Below, in pieces: positions 7,806 through 15,185 of a DNA stretch of 29,168 nucleotides (position 1 is its first letter; each line of letters begins with the position of its first letter). The notes under the pieces were generated by a model, which saw only the letters and a list, made by a program, of their open reading frames with translations, was not told the origin of the DNA and ran no database searches. Both the position numbers and the translations under genes were made by a program. This DNA is from Candidatus Rifleibacteriota bacterium (GTDB lineage: Bacteria; Muiribacteriota; Ozemobacteria; Ozemobacterales; Ozemobacteraceae): positions 1 to 29,168 of the forward strand of contig JBNJGH010000040.1 of assembly GCA_051747585.1 (NCBI GenBank). The letters run 5' to 3'.

Positions 7806-10366
7806 AAAAAATTCTGTTATTAATTCTAGTTGTTTTATTTTCTGCCGGTTGTCAGCAGGAAATCAGCGAGTCAAAGAAAGCCGTGCAAGCAGGCGGTAAA
7901 GATTTTTTTACCCGGGCAGAGTTTGCTTCAATGGAAGAAAACTTGATTTTTTCTCCATTTACAACCGAAATTGTCGAAATGGTGCCCGAGGGCACTCTGG
8001 TTAAACCCGGACAAAAACTTGCTCAGCTGTCGCCAGGTGGCAGAGTCGAGAATTTGCATGAAGAATCTGCAAATCTGGAAAAGCTAAGTTTGCAAATGAA
8101 TCTCGAGCAGATGAAAAAGCAGAATGCCGGAGAAATCGAGCAGTTAAAAAAAGAACAAGTTCGCCTCGAGATGCAAAAAGCAAAAATTGAGCTTGAACGT
8201 GCCTTAAGTGTGCGTGATTGGCAGAGAATTGCGGAGCTTGAGCAAAGCATTAAACTCGACGAATTAAAGCTCGAACTTGCCGGAAAACAATTAAATGCTG
8301 CAGAAAAAATGATTGGCAGAGGTTTTGTTGCTCGTCAAGAGTTGCTTGAGACGGAAAAAGATCTTGCAATAAACCGTATTAATGCTTCTCTTACTGTCAA
8401 ACTTGCTGATTATCTTGACAACAATGCCGACGAAAAAGAGGTCGAAAAGAGCAGGCAAGCCTATGAAAATAAAGTGCTCGATTACGAGCTTGCCGAATTC
8501 AATTTGAACAAAACTCTTGCTGAGCATGAATATCAATACAAGCTGATCAAAAGTAACTATGATGAGCTTGTTGAAGAGGTTAACAAGGTCGAAAATGAAA
8601 TTGCTTCTTTAAGTATCGGAGCACCGGCAAATGGTTTGGTCCTTTATGGGAACAGCTACGATGGCTCTGCTTTTATTAAGGTGCAACCCGGAGTTATGGT
8701 TTACCCCGGTATCAATTTTTTACGGATTGTTGATCCGGCTCAGGGCGGTATAATTTTTAAGGCTGATCCCAAAGACTATGCAAGGTTCAGTTCTGCAAAA
8801 GTGTTATTTTTCAGGCCCGATGCTTTTCCCGAAATTATTCTGCCCTGTCGACTCTCTAAAATTTCCAGATTGGCTTTTGCCTCACAGGATGGTCGACCAG
8901 ATGGGAGAACCTTTGTTGAAGTAAAGGCTGAAATCGCATCATATCCTGAAATTTTGAAAATCGGCTATTCCGGAACTGTTTTATTCAATAATTCTAAAGA
9001 AAGATTTATGCCGCAATTTAATGGCAACAGGATACACAGGGTTGAAAAAAGAGATGTTGCTCGCAGAACAAGTAATACGGGGGATGTAAAACCGGCAAGC
9101 TTTTCTTATGTTTTAAGTGCCTTCGATGGCGAGGTTAACTCTCTTGCCCAAGAAGGCCAATCTGTAGAGAAAGGCGATGTGATAGCTGTAATCGCCTCGG
9201 AAGAGCTTGATGAAGAAGCTCGAGACCTTGAAATAGAGCTGCAAAAAAAACGTGAAGAGCTGCTACTGATGAAAGAAAAACATCAAATAGATGACGCTCG
9301 CTTGAAACGACAACTCGAGGTTAAGTCGGGAGCGCTTGAAGTAGCGCGAATGCGTCATGCTGCGCTGCTGAAAAGACGCGATGAAGATAAAATAATCGAT
9401 CTTGAGAAAAATCTGGAAGTAATCCAGGCTCGAATCGATCTTGCCCGGGAAAAGGTAGCTCATGTTAAAGAACTTCATAAAAAAGGCTTAAGATCTGAAT
9501 TGCAAATGTTACAGGCCCAGCAGGAGCTGGCTGCAGCCATTAAAGACAAAAAATTAACCTCATATCAATTAAAAGTTGAAAAATCCGGTCCATCAAATCG
9601 GACAATAAAGATTTCTGAAATTGATACCAAAAAGGTTGCTCTCGAGAAGAAAATTGTTCAAAAAGAAGCTTCTCAGACTGGATTTATCAATTCTATGAGT
9701 CGCAAAATCCTGGAAAAAGAGATCAGCAAGCTGGAAATTAATCTGGCACGCAAAACGAAAGAGCTGTCAAAAGCCCGGATCAAAGCCCCTGGTGGAGGAG
9801 TCGTTATTTACAGCGAAACCCATAGTGGTGGAGAAAAAGCTAAAATAAAGGTCGGCGATAAAGTTAACCCAAGAATTCCATTTATGCAGATTGCGGGAAT
9901 GAATAATCTTCAGATTCATACTGAAATTTCTGAAATGGATGCCAAGTTTATCGAAGCCGGTGATGAAGTTAAGGTTTATTTAAAAGGCAACTCTGTATCT
10001 GTTGCGCGTGGCTGGGTATCTTCGATTTCTATTATTGCAGATACCAATTTTACAAAAAGCCAGGATGCCAATGTTAAAATTATTATTGATCTTCTTTCCC
10101 CTGAAAATGGTGTTACTAAGGTCCCAGAGGGGTTCCGTCCCGGAATTTCATGTGAAGTGGAATTTACTCTTTATGATTTGAAAGATGCTCTGATTATTCC
10201 TTTTGATGCAGTTATTCCAATGACTGACGGGCCTGCTGTAGTAAACAAAGATAAGAAGCTCAAGCCGGTTAAAGTAGCTTTTTCGGATGGTCTGGAAGGT
10301 TATGTAATTGAATCAGGAATCAAGGAAGGCGAGGAGATTTTGCTGATGGAGGCCGGAATTGATTAA
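7802..10366 (+). CDS. Tandem double membrane fusion protein (two MFP modules), lipoprotein
   Basis: Lipobox SAG-C. Module 1: VPEGTLVKPGQKLAQL…APANGLV. Module 2: AQEGQSVEKGDVIAVI…IKAPGGGVV…ISEMD…FRPGISCEV…LIIPFDAV…SGIKEGEEI. ATGA overlap with the upstream gene. Confidence 0.88.
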   Translation: MKKILLLILVVLFSAGCQQEISESKKAVQAGGKDFFTRAEFASMEENLIFSPFTTEIVEMVPEGTLVKPGQKLAQLSPGGRVENLHEESANLEKLSLQMNLEQMKKQNAGEIEQLKKEQVRLEMQKAKIELERALSVRDWQRIAELEQSIKLDELKLELAGKQLNAAEKMIGRGFVARQELLETEKDLAINRINASLTVKLADYLDNNADEKEVEKSRQAYENKVLDYELAEFNLNKTLAEHEYQYKLIKSNYDELVEEVNKVENEIASLSIGAPANGLVLYGNSYDGSAFIKVQPGVMVYPGINFLRIVDPAQGGIIFKADPKDYARFSSAKVLFFRPDAFPEIILPCRLSKISRLAFASQDGRPDGRTFVEVKAEIASYPEILKIGYSGTVLFNNSKERFMPQFNGNRIHRVEKRDVARRTSNTGDVKPASFSYVLSAFDGEVNSLAQEGQSVEKGDVIAVIASEELDEEARDLEIELQKKREELLLMKEKHQIDDARLKRQLEVKSGALEVARMRHAALLKRRDEDKIIDLEKNLEVIQARIDLAREKVAHVKELHKKGLRSELQMLQAQQELAAAIKDKKLTSYQLKVEKSGPSNRTIKISEIDTKKVALEKKIVQKEASQTGFINSMSRKILEKEISKLEINLARKTKELSKARIKAPGGGVVIYSETHSGGEKAKIKVGDKVNPRIPFMQIAGMNNLQIHTEISEMDAKFIEAGDEVKVYLKGNSVSVARGWVSSISIIADTNFTKSQDANVKIIIDLLSPENGVTKVPEGFRPGISCEVEFTLYDLKDALIIPFDAVIPMTDGPAVVNKDKKLKPVKVAFSDGLEGYVIESGIKEGEEILLMEAGID

Positions 10367-11105
10367 AATAGAAAAACTGCAAAGGTTCTTCGAAATTGGA
10401 GATGACTGTGTAAAAGCAGTTAATGATATGACTTTGCAAATTGCAGAGGGCGAATTCGTAGCAATAATGGGGCCCTCCGGTTCAGGAAAATCAACATTGC
10501 TTTATGTAATAGGTGCCATGGATCAGCCCACCGGCGGCACTATCAGTATAGGCGGCAGAAGGCTTGATTTAATGAGCGACAAAGAACGTTCCAGGTTTCG
10601 TAACAAGTCGCTGGGCTTTGTTTTTCAGTCGTTTCATCTTTTGTCGCGTATTGATCTTATTCGCAATGCCGAATTACCAATGATTTATGGTGATGTCGAA
10701 GCCGACAAGCGTAAAGAGCGTGCTATCGCTTTATTGAAGGCCGTGGGCCTCGGCGATCGCATGGACCGAAAGCCGACGGAATTATCCGGCGGACAGTGTC
10801 AGCGAGCTGCTATTGCCAGGGCTCTGGTTAACAATCCCCATATTCTGCTTGCTGACGAGCCAACCGGCAATCTAGATTCAAAAACCGGCGAAGAAATTGT
10901 TGCCTTGTTTCAGGCTTTAAACAGAGCTGGTATGACCGTTGTAATGGTTACTCACGATTATAGAATGGCTCAGCATGCTTATAAAATTGTGCGCATGAAA
11001 GACGGAAAACTTGAAAGCATTGAAAAGGTTAAAGAGCCTTTACGATCATTTCTTTCGCCTGAAGTAGAAGCTTCATTGCAGGAGGTCGTCAATGAAGCTG
11101 TCTGA
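10359..11105 (+). CDS. ABC transporter ATP-binding protein (MacB/LolD-like)
   Basis: Walker A GPSGSGKST, GFVFQSFHL, signature LSGGQ, Walker B ILLADEPTGNLD, VTHD. TTG start after GGAGG. Confidence 0.96.
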   Translation: MIKIEKLQRFFEIGDDCVKAVNDMTLQIAEGEFVAIMGPSGSGKSTLLYVIGAMDQPTGGTISIGGRRLDLMSDKERSRFRNKSLGFVFQSFHLLSRIDLIRNAELPMIYGDVEADKRKERAIALLKAVGLGDRMDRKPTELSGGQCQRAAIARALVNNPHILLADEPTGNLDSKTGEEIVALFQALNRAGMTVVMVTHDYRMAQHAYKIVRMKDGKLESIEKVKEPLRSFLSPEVEASLQEVVNEAV

Positions 11106-12339
11106 GCAGATAAAAACCGGTGCAGTCGGACTCTTTGACCACCCGTTCAGAACTTTTTTAACCATGCTTGGCATAATTTTTGGAGTTGGAGCTGTTATTG
11201 CAATGGTTTCTATCGGTGCCGGGGCCGAGCGCGAAGCTTTGGAAGAGCTTAAAAAATTTGGCGATTCCAGCATACGTATAAGTGCGGTAGAAATTCAGGG
11301 TGAGCGACTTGCCGAGGCATTGAAAAAACAGGCATGGGGTCTTTCTATGGATGACGCAGCTTATCTGGCTTCTTCTTGTCAGTTTTTGAGGCTGGTGGTG
11401 CCGGAAAAAATCGATGAATATCGGCTTTATGCATTTAATAAAAAGCCTCTGGCCAAGATTATCGGAGTAGGAAAGGGTTTTTTAGAAGCCTCACGTTTTG
11501 AAATCGAAAAAGGACGTTTCTTTAGTTCGGCTGAAATGCGAGATGCTGCTCCGGTAGCGGTGTTGGGGGCAACAATAGCCAGCGAAACCTTTGCCGAAGT
11601 AGAGCCGGTTGGTCAGATAATTCAAATTGGGCGTATTCGTTTCAAGGTAATCGGTGTAATGAAAGAGCAGGGAACCGGCGGCGGTAAACTGGCGATTAAG
11701 CGTAGAGACCATGACAGAGATGTTTACATCCCGATAAAAACCAGTCTGGAACGTCTCGAAAAGTGGCCAATTGAGGGCAAAGAATTTTACCATCAGATTT
11801 CGAGTCTCTGGATCGAAGCCGGACCTGAGGTAGATTTATTGGAAGCTCGGGACATCGTGATGAAGGAACTTCTAAGACGACATCAGGGGGTAAATGATCT
11901 GGAAAGTCAGGTTCCTCTCGAGATTCTGCAGCAGAGTCAAAAAACGCAAAATCTTTTTAATCTCGTAATGGCTTTAATTGCAGGAATTTCGTTGCTTGTG
12001 GGTGGCATCGGTATTATGAATATTATGCTGGCTTCGGTTAACGAGCGAACTCGAGAGATCGGAGTGCGCCGGGCTTTGGGTGCTTCGAAAATAGATATCG
12101 TAGTGCAGTTTCTGGTTGAAGCCAGTCTTATAAGTGTAATTGGCGGAGTTATTGGAATTATTGCCGGAATGGCGTTGTCTTATGGTATTTCGTTATACAC
12201 GGGCTGGGTTACGGTTATACCTTTATCTTCGGTCTTTATCGCTTTCTGTGTCTCTATCAGCGTGGGCATAATATTTGGCAGTTTTCCTGCTGCCAAGGCT
12301 TCCCAACTTGACCCGGTCAAAGCTCTACGCTATGAGTAA
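11092..12339 (+). CDS. MacB/FtsX-family ABC permease
   Basis: RTFLTMLGIIFGVGAVIAMVSIG, ISLLVGGIGIMNIMLASVNERTREIGVRRALGA, PAAKASQLDPVKALRYE. Confidence 0.96.
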   Translation: MKLSEQIKTGAVGLFDHPFRTFLTMLGIIFGVGAVIAMVSIGAGAEREALEELKKFGDSSIRISAVEIQGERLAEALKKQAWGLSMDDAAYLASSCQFLRLVVPEKIDEYRLYAFNKKPLAKIIGVGKGFLEASRFEIEKGRFFSSAEMRDAAPVAVLGATIASETFAEVEPVGQIIQIGRIRFKVIGVMKEQGTGGGKLAIKRRDHDRDVYIPIKTSLERLEKWPIEGKEFYHQISSLWIEAGPEVDLLEARDIVMKELLRRHQGVNDLESQVPLEILQQSQKTQNLFNLVMALIAGISLLVGGIGIMNIMLASVNERTREIGVRRALGASKIDIVVQFLVEASLISVIGGVIGIIAGMALSYGISLYTGWVTVIPLSSVFIAFCVSISVGIIFGSFPAAKASQLDPVKALRYE

Positions 12340-12342
12340 TAA

Positions 12343-12538
12343 CAGTAATTATCCATTTGTTTGTAGAAACCGTTTCAAGACATTTAGATTGCTTCGCTTC
12401 GCTCGCAATGACAGCCACAAATTGTCATTGCGAGGAGCGTAGCGACGAAGCAATCTTTGATATGCTCAAATTTAGTACATAACAAAAAATACAAAAATGT
12501 CTTGAAACTCGGTAATATTACTAAATGGATAATTACTG
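12343..12538. mobile_element. 196-bp MITE-like element with bipartite terminal inverted repeats and an internal REP/RPE-like inverted pair
   Basis: 16-bp perfect TIR CAGTAATTATCCATTT (12343-12358 / 12523-12538), second 14-bp IR GTTTCAAGACATTT (12372-12385 / 12495-12508), inner AGATTGCTTCG…CTCGCAATGACA / TGTCATTGCGAG…CGAAGCAATCT (12386-12456). No target duplication visible. Confidence 0.85.
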
Positions 12539-12552
12539 GATTAAAAAAACAG

Positions 12553-12581
12553 TTGCAAATGGTGCTGTGATTTGCTAATAT
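12553..12581 (+). promoter_or_regulatory. sigma70-like promoter of the tRNA
   Basis: TTGCAA-17 bp-TAATAT with extended TGn, ending 13 nt before the tRNA. Confidence 0.6.
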
Positions 12582-12594
12582 AGCTGAATAACCC

Positions 12595-12679
12595 GCTCGG
12601 GTGGTGAAATAGGCAAACACGCTAGATTCAGGTTCTAGTGCTCATTACGAGCTTGGGGGTTCAAGTCCCCCCTCGAGCA
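12595..12679 (+). tRNA. tRNA-Leu (anticodon CAG)
   Basis: Acceptor GCTCGGG/CTCGAGC plus discriminator A, anticodon arm CTAGA-TTCAGGT-TCTAG, long variable arm GCTC-ATTAC-GAGC, T arm GGGGG-TTCAAGT-CCCCC. Confidence 0.97.
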
Positions 12680-12685
12680 CCCAAG

Positions 12686-12712
12686 AGGCCCGCTATAAAA
12701 GTGGGCTTTTTT
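12686..12712 (+). terminator. Intrinsic terminator after the tRNA
   Basis: AGGCCCGCT-ATAAA-AGTGGGCTT followed by a T run. Confidence 0.75.
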
Positions 12713-12791
12713 CGTTTTAGAAGTTGCGTGAGATCATCTAGCCATGTTTTAGCCATTTTTTGTATGCTACTCAGGTAGCGGCAGCAAAATT

Positions 12792-13358
12792 TTAAAGATT
12801 TTTGAATGAGGCTGCGATTTTGTCGAGTTCGGGTTCGATTTCTTTGCGGCGATCGTAGGGGCAGCCGCCCTGAAGTGCAAAATAATAGCGTTCACCGGGA
12901 AAAACATAGCTTTTAAGAAAATAGCCGTTGCGTTGACGTCCATCAAAAGATATGGCTTCGCCGGTAACATTCTGTCCCTCAAAGTCGTTTTGACCTAAAA
13001 GAGGTGGATTTTTCATGTCCTTTTCGAATTTATCAATATAAAAATCAACAAACTCGGCAAAATTGCGTGCATTTTTCTGGTGAACTCTTACCTGGAGCCC
13101 GTATTTTCCAGACTTGTGAGTTATATCAAGTTTTATGAGATTTTTACTAAGGTGAGACGGAGAGAATTTCCAGTTTTTGTCTGGTTGTTTGAGACTATAA
13201 CCATTTACCGCATCTCTGTAATTGCCGTTAAAAAATGAAATACCGGTTTCTTTTTCGACTTCTTCTGTGGGGATGGTAAGCGGAGATGATGCAAAGTTTC
13301 TAATTAAAAAAAACATTAAAGTCGCACATAAAAAAAGTATTTTTATTACAAATCGCAA
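12792..13358 (-). CDS. Hypothetical exported protein, possibly PsbP/Mog1-like fold
   Basis: TTG start after GGGAGG, N-terminal hydrophobic segment, YRDAVNGYSLKQPDKNW start and ELDKIAASFK end resemble PsbP-like domains (pattern recognition only). Confidence 0.7.
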   Translation of the reverse strand: MRFVIKILFLCATLMFFLIRNFASSPLTIPTEEVEKETGISFFNGNYRDAVNGYSLKQPDKNWKFSPSHLSKNLIKLDITHKSGKYGLQVRVHQKNARNFAEFVDFYIDKFEKDMKNPPLLGQNDFEGQNVTGEAISFDGRQRNGYFLKSYVFPGERYYFALQGGCPYDRRKEIEPELDKIAASFKNL

Positions 13359-13475
13359 AATAACCTCCCGAAAATTTATAAATTATTCTAACACAAGATA
13401 TGCAATTGTATTGCTGAGGTCTGCAGTGACATAATTGTACCCCTTGTGCTAAAATGAAAGCAGAAAGGGCACTAA

Positions 13476-15095
13476 ATGGCTGAAAGCAAGTCTTCATTTG
13501 ATAAGGTTAGACAAGCGATACTCGAAATATATTCTGCGCCTTCGGTTCAGGATCATTTTGTTAACCTGGCGAGATATCTGGCAACCTGGGATGAACAAGA
13601 CTATGAGTCAAAAGAGTTTGAAGGTCTTAAAATTTTTGAAGAACTGCAGGGTCTATGCACTTTTCTTGAAACCCGAAGTTTGAATGCGCAATCAGACGAG
13701 GTTTTTCGCCTGATCTTACATACTTTTCCAGAAAAATATTTTCCCAGTTTGCCCTGGTTGAAAGACTCCGAAGATGTAGATTATAAATTACTCGAAGATG
13801 CGGGTTACGTTATTAAATCGCGCAAGTATCCAGACTATGCGCAGGAATCCTTCAGGTTATTTCAGGAGCAGTTTCACAAGGCAAATCACAAACTTCCGGC
13901 TTTTATAAAAGAAGTTGAAATGAATATGTTTCGCTCTAATGGTGCGGGTCTGGCCGGAGAGCTTTTTCGTAAGTTCACCGACTTTGCCGAGCATCTTGAT
14001 ACAACAAATATGAAAGATATTCCCTGGACAATGATCAATCAGCTGGCAATGAAGATGAACAATCGAATGAACGCATATAATGCGGCTTATCTTCTTTTGA
14101 AAGCCCTCGAGGAGGTAAAAACAGTTCAACCCACGCCGGGCTTGCGCGACAAAATCAATCGAAACAAAAAATTCTTTTTGAGGAACTTTTACTGGCAGAA
14201 AATCGATGAAGCACAAGCTAATAAAGATTATTCAAATCTTGTTTACTATATTGATAAATTTGTGCCTCTTGCTGACACTGGCTACGAAAGAAGTAATCTG
14301 CTTGCAATTCGCAGCAAGGCACTAAAAAATATAAGCGAGGTGCCTAAAGGATTGGTTGGCTATATCATGCTGGGTTTTGCTCTTCTTGTAATAGTAAGCA
14401 TTTTTCTCTCTGAGCCACCGACTAAAGACCGGTTGAATCTAGATCAGACTCGCAAGAGATTCCAGGCTAAGAAAAAAGGCGACAAAAATGGCGAAAGCTA
14501 TTTCTGGCCAGCTGACAAAGATGAAAAAAATCGCAAAGCAAAACCGATAATAGTTAAAAGTCGTACCGGTCTAAGAGAAATCAAACCTCCTGTTCATCCC
14601 CATAATCGCAAGCTCAATATTTATGAAATAAGGCATGCAGTCTTTCAGAAAATGCGCCTTGCATATCTTAGTGCCGTTGATGATTTAACTGAAAGTGAAA
14701 AAGAAAAATTAGAAGTTCTTAAAGAAGATTATGACAGCAGGTGTAAATTTTATAAATACGATAATGAAGTAAGGGAAAAAGTTCATTGGGATGCGAGTAT
14801 TTATGCGCCAAGAATTATTCAAGATGCTCAGGATATACTTGCAAAATGGCGGAGCAAAAATGGCAAAGACAATATTTCTACTTTGGTAGAAAATGAGTTG
14901 TTAAGTTTGACGAATCCGCACCATGTAGAGGCAATTGTTAAGCGTTTAAAACATTATGGCTATTTCACAAAGGAAAAAATTCCTGAAAACTGGAACAATG
15001 ATGCAAAACGCGCTTTGCTTAATTTTAAAGTTTCTAATCTTGGGATCGTTGACGGCGAATGGGATATGAAAACCCAAAAGTCTTTATTCGAGTAA
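13476..15095 (+). CDS. Bitopic membrane protein: helical N-terminal domain, one TM, C-terminal peptidoglycan-binding-like domain
   Basis: TM GLVGYIMLGFALLVIVSIFL. C-terminus VEAIVKRLKHYGYF…AKRALLNFK…DGEWDMKTQKSL resembles PG_binding_1. Confidence 0.75.
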   Translation: MAESKSSFDKVRQAILEIYSAPSVQDHFVNLARYLATWDEQDYESKEFEGLKIFEELQGLCTFLETRSLNAQSDEVFRLILHTFPEKYFPSLPWLKDSEDVDYKLLEDAGYVIKSRKYPDYAQESFRLFQEQFHKANHKLPAFIKEVEMNMFRSNGAGLAGELFRKFTDFAEHLDTTNMKDIPWTMINQLAMKMNNRMNAYNAAYLLLKALEEVKTVQPTPGLRDKINRNKKFFLRNFYWQKIDEAQANKDYSNLVYYIDKFVPLADTGYERSNLLAIRSKALKNISEVPKGLVGYIMLGFALLVIVSIFLSEPPTKDRLNLDQTRKRFQAKKKGDKNGESYFWPADKDEKNRKAKPIIVKSRTGLREIKPPVHPHNRKLNIYEIRHAVFQKMRLAYLSAVDDLTESEKEKLEVLKEDYDSRCKFYKYDNEVREKVHWDASIYAPRIIQDAQDILAKWRSKNGKDNISTLVENELLSLTNPHHVEAIVKRLKHYGYFTKEKIPENWNNDAKRALLNFKVSNLGIVDGEWDMKTQKSLFE

Positions 15096-15185
15096 TTAAT
15101 TCTGTCCAAAAAAAGTCAAGTTGAATATTGACTTAGCCGCTACTCTTTGGGTAGGATAATTATTTATCACAAAGAAGGTGCGGGA

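Noticed and set aside
12384..12620. 78-aa minus-strand ORF ending CHCERSEAI
   Set aside because: It overlaps the tRNA and the repeat element; the ending is a translation of the REP-like unit.
12595..13400. Genomic island integrated at tRNA-Leu
   Set aside because: No integrase and no duplicated tRNA 3' end noticed in the window, and the downstream genes look like ordinary chromosomal genes.
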